From an uncultured Bacteroidales bacterium (lineage in GTDB: Bacteria > Bacteroidota > Bacteroidia > Bacteroidales > UBA1402): a stretch of DNA of 64,000 nucleotides. Positions 1-9,597 of the stretch are shown piece after piece. Location of the stretch: positions 7,091 through 71,090 of the forward strand of contig CAZCWK010000007.1 in NCBI GenBank assembly GCA_964502355.1, read 5' to 3'. A program made the translations under genes and the position numbers. Within the stretch, counting starts at the first letter, position 1. Each line of letters starts with the position of its first letter. Below the pieces are notes generated by a model. It searched no databases, was not told where the DNA came from, and worked only from the letters and a program-made list of their open reading frames with translations.

Positions 1-692
1 GTGATATGAGTCTTGTTGCCCGGCTCATCTGCAGGTATAATATCGATAGTTGAGGGTATTTTTCTGTCCTGAAAGCTCTTAATGTCTGAAGCAATATGAG
101 TCTTTACCAGGTAACTGTCTTCATCAAAATATTCACTTTTCATTTCAAAATAGTCATCTTCTGAAATCCACAGGTTTATTTTACCCCAAACAACCACAGC
201 ATTTTCAAGTGGTTTGAGTTCAATCTTATAACATTTTAAACCTCCGATTGTTTCTCTGCCAACAAGTTTGTGAGTATAATCTTTAACGAGAGAAGATTCT
301 TTGAGAATATCATCGTTGGTGAAATCCGAACCCATCCAACCCTGAGACATCATCGATGGAGGTAATTTAATAAGTCGTTGAATCGTGGGATTCCAGCTCC
401 AGAGATTGTTGCCGCTTTTCAAAAATGACTGACCTTTTTCTTTTGCAGGTGCCGTGACAAGTGTAAGTGCATTGCCTCCGGTTTCAGCCCATCCTTTAAA
501 TTGAATACTGCGTTTGTACTTTGGGCGTACAATCGTCATTGTCATTTCACTGTAGCTGGATTTTTCGCCATTAAACTTAGCGTCGGCTTTTTTTACGATT
601 TCTTTAGCATCCTGGGCATTTAATCCCATTGGGCATGATATAAAAGCCATGATTATGAAAAGTGAGTAAAAAACTTTTTTTATCATCTTCAT
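1..692 (-). CDS. LolA-like outer-membrane lipoprotein-sorting protein; C-terminal end cut off by the window edge
   Basis: Not in the ORF track because it runs off the window. My minus-strand translation from the ATG at 692 gives MKMIKKVFYSLFIIMAFISCPMGLNAQDAKEIVKKADAKFNGEKSSYSEMTMTIVRPKY...APAKEKGQSFLKSGNNLWSWNPTIQRLIKLPPSMMSQGWMGSDFTNDD and stays open to position 1. It has a signal peptide plus blocks typical of the LolA-like sorting family. Confidence 0.7.
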   Translation of the reverse strand, partial: MKMIKKVFYSLFIIMAFISCPMGLNAQDAKEIVKKADAKFNGEKSSYSEMTMTIVRPKYKRSIQFKGWAETGGNALTLVTAPAKEKGQSFLKSGNNLWSWNPTIQRLIKLPPSMMSQGWMGSDFTNDDILKESSLVKDYTHKLVGRETIGGLKCYKIELKPLENAVVVWGKINLWISEDDYFEMKSEYFDEDSYLVKTHIASDIKSFQDRKIPSTIDIIPADEPGNKTHI

Positions 693-727
693 ACAGAATT
701 TTAGTCGGCGTAAAATTAAAGTATTTT

Positions 728-3700
728 TTAAGACTCGGTATCTTTTTTAGAATTTTTATATTCCATAGGGGTCATTCCGTATTTATTTTTAAAACATTCG
801 CCAAAATACTTGGTGTCAGAGAAACCTGTCATGAATGCTACTTCCTTGATAAGTAATTGTCCTGTACCAAGTAGTTGACTGGCTCTTTTCAGTCGAATAT
901 CCCTTATAAATTCGACAGGAGAGAGTCCTGTAAGACTTTTAATCTTATTATAAAATGTCGAGCGACTCATTCCTACAGATTGCCCGAACTCTTCAACTGT
1001 AAAATTGGAGTTGTCGATATTGTCTTCTATTACTTTAACTGCACATTCCATTATCTTTTCATCTTGTGATGTGATTTGGAATGGCTTAGGGTTGAATTCC
1101 TGGTATCCGTGAGAAAGGCTGTTGCCGTATATTTCCTGCAATCTTTTTCTTTGCATCAGTAAGTTTGAAATTCTTGCCTTTATAAACTGTACACTAAATG
1201 GTTTGGTTATATAATCATCAGCACCGTATGATAGACCTTCCAGTTTGCTTTCAATATTTGCTTTTGCTGAAAGTAGTATGATTGGTATATGACTGGTTTC
1301 AACATTATCTCTTAACTGTTTTAATAGTTCTATACCATCTGTACCGGGCATCATAATATCGCTTATAATCAAATCCGGTTGTTTTTTAGTGCTTGTCCTG
1401 ATACCTTCATCTCCGTTAGTTGCCTCCAGAATAGTATAATCATCTGAAAGCACTGTGCACAGGAAGTTTCTCAGTTCATCGTCGTCTTCTACAACAAGAA
1501 CAGATTTTTTCTGTGTTGTACTGTTGAGATTATCTGAATCATTATTTACAGTGATAACATTTGTTTCTTCAGTCTGCGTATCAGATTTATAAATATTATT
1601 CGTTTCATTTTCAGAGGCAATCATATCTACAACTTTCAGATCAAAATGCTCAAAACCTTTTTTGAAACTGACGGTAAAAGTGCTGCCTTTGCCGGGTTCG
1701 CTATCTACCTGAACTTTTGCTGAATGCTTGTCAGCAAGATCTTTAACCATTGATAATCCTATACCGGTACTTGGCTTCGACTTGTCTTCATTTAAAGAAT
1801 AAAATCTGGTGAACAGGTTCTTTTGTTTTTCTTTGGATATCCCCAACCCATTATCTGAAACCTGCAGTGATACAGATTTTTCATCTTCAAATACAATCAC
1901 CTTGATGGCGCCTCCATGCGGAGTATATTTAAATGCATTGGAAATCAGATTCATTGCTATTTTCTCAAGGCAATCCCTGTCGACCCATATCTTTTGTCCG
2001 GGAGCTTTGTTGATAAACTGATAATCCGTTTTATCATTATCGGCAGTTTCAGTAAAATTAGTGAATATGTCCATTATGAAATCAGAAAATAAAGTCTCAG
2101 AAACTTTTAATCTTGAGTTTTGCATTTTACGAAAATCAAGTAGTTGATTAACTAGCCTTAAAATCCTGTTTGTGTTATGAGAAACGGTTTCAAGCTGCTT
2201 TTTAATGTCTGAAGGAGTTTTTTCATCATTTATCATGTACTCAACAGGAGCTGTAACCATCGTAAGAGGTGTGCGGATTTCATGAGAAACATCAGTAAGA
2301 AACTTTAGTTTTAATTCTGACAATTTTTTTTCAAGCTTGACATCAGACTCGAGTTTGTAAATTTTCATCAATATATATACACAAATAGTCACAAAACCTG
2401 AGAATAATATCAGATAGAGAAACCATGCCAATGGGGTTTGCCAGAATGAAGGTTTGATTTTAATTTCCAGTGTCCTTTCATTATCAGTCCAGACTCCCTC
2501 ACTGTTGGTGGATTTTACACGTAAAGTATATTCCCCTTTTGGCAGGTTAGTGTAGCTCGCTATTCTTTTTTTACCTGAATAGTTCCATTCTTCATCAAAT
2601 CCATCCAGTTTATATGCATAAAGGATATTCTCAGGCTCATCAAAATCCAAAGCAGAAAACTCTATGCTGAAATAATTTTGTTTGTGTTTGAGTACTATTT
2701 TACCTATTTCATCAATGTTTTTTTTCAATGGAGACTTGCTACCAATTTCCGGAGTTTTGTTAAACAACTGGAAGTTTGAGAAAGATATATACGGTTTAAA
2801 AGTATTTTTACTGATATTCTCAGGCCTGAATGACAGTAATCCTCCCGTGAAACCAAAAATCATTTCTCCGTCAGAAAGTAAACATGTTGAAGCCTCAGAG
2901 AAGTTATTGAATTTCATAAATCTGTTGATTTCTGAAAATGTTTCGAAACTTTCTTTTTCCGGGCTGAATTTAAGCAAGTTACTTTCTGAACTAATCCACA
3001 GGTATCCTTTTTTATCTTCCTGAATGGCAAGAGTAATATCTGAAGGTAATCCGTCTTTTGTTGAATAAGATTTGAATAAAAGCGGGTAGCCATCACTATC
3101 TTTTTTAATAACCTTATTCAAACCTCCTCCGAAAGTAACTATATACATTTCTCCTTTTTTAGTTGTACATATGCCATGTACGTCATTATAACTGAGACTT
3201 CCGGTTTGCCCCGGATTTCTTGTGAAATGCTTAAAAATGATGTTTTCAGGCGCATCAAAATCTATTGAGCTCATTAGAAGACCGCCGGTAGTACCAATAC
3301 AGAGATGTTTTTTATTATCTTCAGTAATAAACCTGATTCTGTTACAGGACTCAACAGGATAATTTTTCAGATTGTTACGGTTATTTATAAATGTATAGTT
3401 TTTGTCATCTTTTTTCTTTAGCAGATTTATACCTCCGCCATAGGTCCCGATCCAGATTTGTCCTTTGCTATCCTGAAAAATACTGTATACTCTGTCGTCA
3501 CTCAGACTATACAGATCTTCTTCGTTAAGCCTGAACGATGTTACATTCCAGTTGTAAATTTTTCCTGTATATCCCAGTCTGTATAAACCCTCTCCTTTAA
3601 TACCAAGCCAGATATTTTTTTCGTTATCCTGAGTAATGCAATAGATAACGCCAGGGAAAAGACCATTATTTGAAAGTTTTCCATCCGCTGAAAAATTTCC

Positions 3701-5146
3701 TATCCTTTTTTTATTTTTATCAAAAATTGTAAGTCTGTTGTCCTTGGTTCCTACCCATATATATCCGTCTTTATCCTGGAATACTGAACGTACATCGTTT
3801 CCCAATGTTCCTTTAGGAGCGTCAATATCCATGGTGCTGAAAAATTTGTTATCAAAAACGATTTTTTCCAGCCCGTGAGATCTTGTACAAAGCCACAAGT
3901 TACCCTGACGATCAGAAAATGCAGAATGAACAATATTGCTGAAATAACTGGATCCTGAATCAGGATCATTGTAAAAAGGCTCCAGTTGACCTGTCTTTTC
4001 ATTATAAAGGGAAAAACCACCTCCTCTTGGTTGAACCCAAAGTCTGCCTTTAATATCTTCAATAACGCAGGGTCTTGGTGGAAATACATTTGTGGATTCA
4101 TCAACAGTCTTGATATGGAAATATTTAGTGACTCCGTTGTTTATGTCCAGCATGAATATGCCCAGAGTGGATGGGGAAATCCAGACTCTGTTTTTGCTGT
4201 CAGTATAAATCTCCTCAATCTTAAACTTTTTGGGATCAAAAGGTCCTGATGTTACAATTTTTTTTGTTTTGATGTTTTTAAAATCATTAACAAAGAAACC
4301 GTCATTTGAAGTTCTTATAAGTAACTGGCCATTTTTAAGATTATTAAAACCTAAGACTTCCGACTCTGAATTTAATTTTAAAAGATTAAACTTGCCCAGT
4401 GATTTTGAGTATTTCCATATTCTTCCGTCCGCAGATCCGAAAAATATTTCTTTGTCAGACTCAAAAGCAGAGTAAAAAGGTTGTCTTGATTTTTTATGAG
4501 AACCAGCCCCTTCAAAAAAATATGTATGAGTAATATCCATTTCAGGAGATATCATGAATATTCCATTATCTGTTAATAACCACGAATTTCCTGACTTATC
4601 TTCAAATACAGTGTTTATTTTTTTTGCAGCCTGAAATCCTGTGGCCTGAGTGAAAGATTTAACATTAAACATTGAGTCCGTAACACATATAGCTCCCTGA
4701 GATGAAATTATCCAAACCTTACCTGAAGGCATAATGGATATTGTACCAGACATCGATTTGTTGTTTTCATACCCCTTTATTTTTTGAATTCCCCAGAATC
4801 GTTCACTAACTATATCAAAGCAATGGGTATCTCCATCATATGAATTGAACCATATCCTGCCGTACTTGTCAAGATCAATCTGGTCTATACGATTACTGAT
4901 CATCCGGTAATTATCTCCCGGTTTAACCTTAAAATTTCTGAATTTATATCCGTCAAATTTGCTCAGACCATTCCAGGTTGCAAACCACATAAAACCTTTA
5001 TTATCCTGGAGAATATCCATAATGGTATATTGAGGTAATCCATCTTCAATAGAATAATGCTCAAAATGACAGGATGGTTGTGCCTTGATGGTCTGCAGAA
5101 AAATAAACAATGCAAAAAAAATCAATGGTCTTTTTAGCCAAATCAT
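728..5146 (-). CDS. Hybrid two-component system (HTCS) sensor histidine kinase / response regulator with AraC-type HTH
   Basis: 1472 aa. N-terminal signal, then a long periplasmic repeat (beta-propeller type) sensor and TM helix WFLYLILFSGFVTICVYIL. H-box SHEIRTPLT; ATPase blocks DNGLGIS and TGIGLS; receiver LVVEDDDELRNF...SDIMMPGTDG; C-terminal AraC HTH. Confidence 0.93.
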   Translation of the reverse strand: MIWLKRPLIFFALFIFLQTIKAQPSCHFEHYSIEDGLPQYTIMDILQDNKGFMWFATWNGLSKFDGYKFRNFKVKPGDNYRMISNRIDQIDLDKYGRIWFNSYDGDTHCFDIVSERFWGIQKIKGYENNKSMSGTISIMPSGKVWIISSQGAICVTDSMFNVKSFTQATGFQAAKKINTVFEDKSGNSWLLTDNGIFMISPEMDITHTYFFEGAGSHKKSRQPFYSAFESDKEIFFGSADGRIWKYSKSLGKFNLLKLNSESEVLGFNNLKNGQLLIRTSNDGFFVNDFKNIKTKKIVTSGPFDPKKFKIEEIYTDSKNRVWISPSTLGIFMLDINNGVTKYFHIKTVDESTNVFPPRPCVIEDIKGRLWVQPRGGGFSLYNEKTGQLEPFYNDPDSGSSYFSNIVHSAFSDRQGNLWLCTRSHGLEKIVFDNKFFSTMDIDAPKGTLGNDVRSVFQDKDGYIWVGTKDNRLTIFDKNKKRIGNFSADGKLSNNGLFPGVIYCITQDNEKNIWLGIKGEGLYRLGYTGKIYNWNVTSFRLNEEDLYSLSDDRVYSIFQDSKGQIWIGTYGGGINLLKKKDDKNYTFINNRNNLKNYPVESCNRIRFITEDNKKHLCIGTTGGLLMSSIDFDAPENIIFKHFTRNPGQTGSLSYNDVHGICTTKKGEMYIVTFGGGLNKVIKKDSDGYPLLFKSYSTKDGLPSDITLAIQEDKKGYLWISSESNLLKFSPEKESFETFSEINRFMKFNNFSEASTCLLSDGEMIFGFTGGLLSFRPENISKNTFKPYISFSNFQLFNKTPEIGSKSPLKKNIDEIGKIVLKHKQNYFSIEFSALDFDEPENILYAYKLDGFDEEWNYSGKKRIASYTNLPKGEYTLRVKSTNSEGVWTDNERTLEIKIKPSFWQTPLAWFLYLILFSGFVTICVYILMKIYKLESDVKLEKKLSELKLKFLTDVSHEIRTPLTMVTAPVEYMINDEKTPSDIKKQLETVSHNTNRILRLVNQLLDFRKMQNSRLKVSETLFSDFIMDIFTNFTETADNDKTDYQFINKAPGQKIWVDRDCLEKIAMNLISNAFKYTPHGGAIKVIVFEDEKSVSLQVSDNGLGISKEKQKNLFTRFYSLNEDKSKPSTGIGLSMVKDLADKHSAKVQVDSEPGKGSTFTVSFKKGFEHFDLKVVDMIASENETNNIYKSDTQTEETNVITVNNDSDNLNSTTQKKSVLVVEDDDELRNFLCTVLSDDYTILEATNGDEGIRTSTKKQPDLIISDIMMPGTDGIELLKQLRDNVETSHIPIILLSAKANIESKLEGLSYGADDYITKPFSVQFIKARISNLLMQRKRLQEIYGNSLSHGYQEFNPKPFQITSQDEKIMECAVKVIEDNIDNSNFTVEEFGQSVGMSRSTFYNKIKSLTGLSPVEFIRDIRLKRASQLLGTGQLLIKEVAFMTGFSDTKYFGECFKNKYGMTPMEYKNSKKDTES

Positions 5147-5230
5147 GTATTACTAATTAAAATTTGCCTAAAAATACTTTTTTTTACTCTTTAAGCCATA
5201 AAATGTATTAATCAATATTTTTAAGAAGCA

Positions 5231-5263
5231 TTTTATCCCTTAATATTGGGTTTTTTATCCCTT
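5231..5263. promoter_or_regulatory. Two exact copies of TTTTATCCCTT spaced 22 bp start to start in the divergent HTCS/GH28 intergenic region
   Basis: Copies at 5231-5241 and 5253-5263, about 90-120 bp upstream of the GH28 ATG at 5352. Direct repeats on the same helix face are the usual geometry for AraC-type DNA-binding domains. The function is inferred only. Confidence 0.3.
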
Positions 5264-5351
5264 TTCTCTGACTTTTATATTGTCTATCTTGCAGTAAAAA
5301 ATCAGGAGATAATTGTTTTAATTAAAAAATTCAAATCATTAGAGAATAAGT

Positions 5352-7022
5352 ATGAATCATACATTGAGAAATATCATTTTGACAATAGTTATAACATTCT
5401 CATTTGCTGCCGGTGCGAAAAAGCCATATAAATACGATTATTTATATAAGAAACTGGCTTTTAATATGGATGAAGTGGAGATGCCGGTATTTCCGCAAAG
5501 GAAAGTTTCAATTGTTAATTACGGAGCTGTAGGTGATGGTATTAAATTGAATACTGAAGCTTTTAATACAGCCATGTCAGACCTTTCAAAAAAAGGAGGA
5601 GGCACATTAGTAGTTCCAAAGGGTGTATGGTTTACGGGTCCGATAGTTTTTCAGTCAAATATTAATCTTCATCTTGAAAAAGGTGCTTTATTAATGTTCA
5701 CTCCCGATTTTAAAGCATATCCTTTGATAAAAACTGTTTTTGAGGGTGTCGAAACCCGTAGATGCCAGTCTCCGGTATCAGGAAGAAATCTGGTAAATAT
5801 TGCTATTACCGGAGAAGGTGCAATTAATGGTTCGGGAGAAGCCTGGAGACCACTTAAAAAGGCAAAAGTTACTGAGGCTCATTGGAAAAGCGTTGTTGCG
5901 TCGGGTGGTGTACTTATGAATTCCGGCTATTGGTTTCCTTCTGAAAGTTCTTTGAAAGGAGCAAAGTCCAGTGAATTTAATTTTAATGTGCCCAGAAAGG
6001 CCTTAACTGATTTGGAATGGGACTCGATTAAAGATTTCATGAGGCCTGTTATGATTAGTTTTGTACAATGTAGTAATGTGTTGCTGGAAGGTGTTTTATT
6101 TGAAAATTCTCCCAGCTGGAACATTCATCCTTTTATGTGTGAAAACGTAATTTTGGACGGAGTATTCGTAAGAAACCCGGCTTATGCACAAAATGGTGAT
6201 GGTCTTGATCTGGAATCATGTAAAAATGCATTGGTTGTAAACTCTACTTTTGATGTGGGAGATGATGCAATTTGTTTGAAATCCGGTAAAGATGAGGAAG
6301 GTCGCAGACGTGGAGTCCCGACTGAAAATGTTATTGTTGACAATTGCAAAGTATTTAAAGGTCATGGCGGTTTCGTCGTTGGAAGTGAAATGTCGGGAGG
6401 CGTAAGAAATATTTCGGTTTCAAACTGTCTTTTTTTGGGAACTGACGTGGGTTTACGTTTTAAAAGTAACAGAGGGAGAGGAGGAGTTGTTGAAAATATT
6501 TTTATTGATGGTATAAGTATGTTTGACATCGTTACTGATTCTTTCCTGTTTGATCTATATTATGGTGGAAAATCCGCTTCTGAATCTCTGGAAGATGGAG
6601 ATGTTACACCAAAAGAATCCATGTTGCCAGAGGTTTCAGAGAAAACTCCTGTTTTCAGAAATATTTTTGTTAAGAATCTTGTCTCGAGAAACGCCCGGAG
6701 AGCTATGTTTTTTAATGGTTTACCGGAAATGAACATTAAAAATATAATAGTTGAGAAAACTTCAATTTCTGCCAGATATGGAGCCGAGCTTTCTGAATCT
6801 GACGGTGTTGAGTTTCGTGATGTAAAAATTTACCCTGCTGAAGGATCACCTTTAATATTAAACAATGTCAGGAATATGATGTTAAGAGATGCTGTTAATT
6901 CTGATAATTCAAAAGCGATTGTTGAAATAAGCGGTTCTTCAACTAAAGATATTGTTTTGCCGGAATCGACAAAAGTAAAGTTGGATGGCGTTTCAGAAGG
7001 AGTGGTAAGATTTATCAAATAG
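5352..7022 (+). CDS. Glycoside hydrolase family 28 (polygalacturonase / rhamnogalacturonan hydrolase-like), secreted
   Basis: 556 aa with a signal peptide. The four GH28 signature blocks are present: QNGDGLDLESC, GDDAICLKSG, GHGGFVVGSE and GLRFKSNRG. Confidence 0.9.
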   Translation: MNHTLRNIILTIVITFSFAAGAKKPYKYDYLYKKLAFNMDEVEMPVFPQRKVSIVNYGAVGDGIKLNTEAFNTAMSDLSKKGGGTLVVPKGVWFTGPIVFQSNINLHLEKGALLMFTPDFKAYPLIKTVFEGVETRRCQSPVSGRNLVNIAITGEGAINGSGEAWRPLKKAKVTEAHWKSVVASGGVLMNSGYWFPSESSLKGAKSSEFNFNVPRKALTDLEWDSIKDFMRPVMISFVQCSNVLLEGVLFENSPSWNIHPFMCENVILDGVFVRNPAYAQNGDGLDLESCKNALVVNSTFDVGDDAICLKSGKDEEGRRRGVPTENVIVDNCKVFKGHGGFVVGSEMSGGVRNISVSNCLFLGTDVGLRFKSNRGRGGVVENIFIDGISMFDIVTDSFLFDLYYGGKSASESLEDGDVTPKESMLPEVSEKTPVFRNIFVKNLVSRNARRAMFFNGLPEMNIKNIIVEKTSISARYGAELSESDGVEFRDVKIYPAEGSPLILNNVRNMMLRDAVNSDNSKAIVEISGSSTKDIVLPESTKVKLDGVSEGVVRFIK

Positions 7023-7062
7023 CGGATGCTAAAATATTTTTTTTAAAACTAATACCTGAGAA

Positions 7063-9420
7063 ATGAAAAGATTGATATTCAGGGTTACAACCTTAATAGT
7101 AATTGCTTTATTCCTGATTTCAGCCGGGAAAAAACCTGTACATATTTTTTTGGCAGGAGATTCGACCATGGCTGAAAAACCTTTATACAAATATTATAAG
7201 GATTCTCTTACGGGAGAACTTTATCCTGAAGAATTCAGGGAAAGGGGATGGGGCATGTTGTTGAAAGAATTTTTTTCTGATAATGTTATTATCGAAAATT
7301 ATGCTCAGAATGGCAGAAGCACGAGGCGTTTTATTGAAGAAGGATGGTGGGATAAGATTGTCACAAAAATTGATAAAGGTGATTATGCAGTAATTCAGTT
7401 TGCTCATAATGATGGTGCAAAAGATAAGCCTGACAGATATACAACTCCTGAAGATTATGAAAAAAATCTGATCAGAATGGTTAATGATGTCAGAAAAAAA
7501 GGAGCAAATCCAATTTTGTGTACATCAGTTATGAGAAGAAAATTTGATGATAAAGGACAAATAGTCGATATGCATGGTGTTTATCCTGAACTTACGAGAA
7601 AAGTAGCGAAAGATTTAAATGTGCCTTTGATAGATATGCAAAAACAGACTGAAGAATGGCTGGAGAGTGAAGGCGTTGACAAATCTGCCGGCTTTTTCCA
7701 TCAATTACCTGCTGGAAGAAGCAATTTATTCCCTTCTGGTCTTAAAGACAATACTCATTTTAATGAAAAAGGGGCAAGGATAGCAGCAGGTTTTTTTGTT
7801 GAAGGTCTTGAAGCTCTGAATATAAAGCCTTTGGTAAGCGAAGTTAAGAAAAATTTGCCTGCCTTTGTATCTGATGTATGGTCACCCGATCTTGGTAATG
7901 GAAAGTATAAAAATCCTGTCCTCTACGCTGATTATTCTGATCCAGATGTCTGCTATGCAAATGGTTATTATTATATGGTAGCATCCAGTTTCAATTGTGC
8001 TCCAGGGCTTCCGATATTAAGGTCTGAAGATATGGTTAACTGGGAAATTGTAAATCATGCAATATACAAATTGCCACCTTATGACCACTTTGATAGTCCG
8101 AGAATAGGTTGCGGCATCTGGGCACCAGCTATAAGATATCATAATGGCAACTTCTACATTTGTTATGGTGATCCTGATTTTGGTATTTATATGCTTAAAG
8201 CAAAGGATGCTGAAGGCGTTTGGTCAAAACCAATACTTGTCAAATCAGGCAAGGGCTTGATTGATCCATGTCCGTTATGGGATGATAATGGCAAAGTCTA
8301 TCTTGCACATGCTTATGCAGGAAGCCGTTATGGTATGAAGAGCCTGATTGTAGTGTGTGAAATGAATCCTGAAGCAACTGAAGTAATCTCTGAAGATTTT
8401 CCGGTTTTTGACGGTCATGATGGGAATGATACATGTGAAGGAGCTAAAATTCATAAGTACAATGGTTATTACTATATATTTTTCCCGGCAGGAGGTGTAA
8501 AGGATGGCTGGCAAATGGTTATAAGATCTAAAAATATATATGGTCCTTATGAAAGCCGCAGGATAATGGATCAGGGTAAATCCAGATTGAATGGTCCTCA
8601 CCAGGGGGCATGGGTTCAAACTCCGTTTGGAGAAGACTGGTTTTTTCATTTTCAGGAAAAGAAACCGCTTGGTCGAGTAGTCCATCTTCAACCTATGAAA
8701 TGGATAAATGATTGGCCGGTTATTGGCATTGATAAAGATGGAGATGGTTGCGGGGAACCCGTTGAAATGTACACTAAACCCAAAACAGCTCAGAAGGTGA
8801 AAATAGTTAATCCGGCAGAAAGTGATGAATTCAACACTAATTTTCCTGGAAAACAATGGCAATGGTATGCCAATCCGAAACCGGCATGGGCTGTTTTCCA
8901 CAGCGCTGAAGGATTCATAAGATTGTTTTCGGATAATCCTGTAGAAGGGTATAAGAATTTATTAAATACTCCGAATTTACTTTTACAGAAATTTCCTTCT
9001 CCTGACTTTACTGCAACAACTAAAATTAAATTCAGACCGAATCCTTCTTCAAAAGGTGAACGCTGTGGAATGGGTGTAATTGGAATGGATTATTCTGTTT
9101 TATCTTTACAACAAGCAGGTGGTGAATTCATTTTATCTCAGATTTTATGCCAAAAAGCAGAAGATGGAGCTGAAGAATCAATAGTTGAATCAGTAAAAAC
9201 AGGTACTAATGAACTTTATCTGAGAGTAACAGTCAGAAATATAAAGGAATGCACTTTTAGTTTCAGCACTGATGGTAAGACTTTCAAGACATTGGGCACT
9301 CCTTTTATTGCCCGCGAAGGATTATGGATAGGGTCTAAAGTTGGGCTCTTCTGCACCAGATCTTCATGGAAAAACGATGGAGGATGGATGGATGTAGATT
9401 GGTTCAGGGTTGAAAAATAA
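7063..9420 (+). CDS. Bifunctional CE12-type SGNH rhamnogalacturonan acetylesterase fused to GH43 arabinofuranosidase/xylosidase-like domain with C-terminal beta-sandwich
   Basis: 785 aa. SGNH blocks: IFLAGDSTMAEK, YAQNGRSTRRF, QFAHNDG, DNTHFNEKGA. GH43 blocks follow: YSDPDVCYANGYYYMVASSF, IWAPAIRYHNGNFYI, GLIDPCPLWDDNGKVYL, CEGAKIHKYNGYYYIFF. Confidence 0.88.
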   Translation: MKRLIFRVTTLIVIALFLISAGKKPVHIFLAGDSTMAEKPLYKYYKDSLTGELYPEEFRERGWGMLLKEFFSDNVIIENYAQNGRSTRRFIEEGWWDKIVTKIDKGDYAVIQFAHNDGAKDKPDRYTTPEDYEKNLIRMVNDVRKKGANPILCTSVMRRKFDDKGQIVDMHGVYPELTRKVAKDLNVPLIDMQKQTEEWLESEGVDKSAGFFHQLPAGRSNLFPSGLKDNTHFNEKGARIAAGFFVEGLEALNIKPLVSEVKKNLPAFVSDVWSPDLGNGKYKNPVLYADYSDPDVCYANGYYYMVASSFNCAPGLPILRSEDMVNWEIVNHAIYKLPPYDHFDSPRIGCGIWAPAIRYHNGNFYICYGDPDFGIYMLKAKDAEGVWSKPILVKSGKGLIDPCPLWDDNGKVYLAHAYAGSRYGMKSLIVVCEMNPEATEVISEDFPVFDGHDGNDTCEGAKIHKYNGYYYIFFPAGGVKDGWQMVIRSKNIYGPYESRRIMDQGKSRLNGPHQGAWVQTPFGEDWFFHFQEKKPLGRVVHLQPMKWINDWPVIGIDKDGDGCGEPVEMYTKPKTAQKVKIVNPAESDEFNTNFPGKQWQWYANPKPAWAVFHSAEGFIRLFSDNPVEGYKNLLNTPNLLLQKFPSPDFTATTKIKFRPNPSSKGERCGMGVIGMDYSVLSLQQAGGEFILSQILCQKAEDGAEESIVESVKTGTNELYLRVTVRNIKECTFSFSTDGKTFKTLGTPFIAREGLWIGSKVGLFCTRSSWKNDGGWMDVDWFRVEK

Positions 9421-9452
9421 AAAAAAAGGTATTTAATAGTTAATATGTTTAT

Positions 9453-9486
9453 AGCTTCACCGAATATCCGGTGAAGCTTTTTTTTG
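9453..9486 (+). terminator. Rho-independent terminator after the CE12-GH43 gene
   Basis: 10-bp stem AGCTTCACCG / CGGTGAAGCT (9453-9462 / 9469-9478), 6-nt loop, followed by a T8 tract. Confidence 0.7.
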
Positions 9487-9597
9487 AACTCATTATCGTA
9501 CAATATTGACATAAAATTCAACCTTATATATGTTTTCATAGTTTAATTTTATGGTGTTATTCTGTCAGGAATACCATTAATCTAATACCTTAATACT

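Noticed and set aside
8275-8901. 208-aa ORF antisense to the GH43 domain. Similar long antisense ORFs lie at 19417-19773, 38863-39255, 41309-41707, 42117-42575 and 50707-51126.
   Set aside because: All are embedded opposite genes with strong motif support. Their translations are low-complexity (Ile/Phe/Ser-rich) with no recognisable motifs. Such ORFs are expected in AT-rich DNA opposite real genes.
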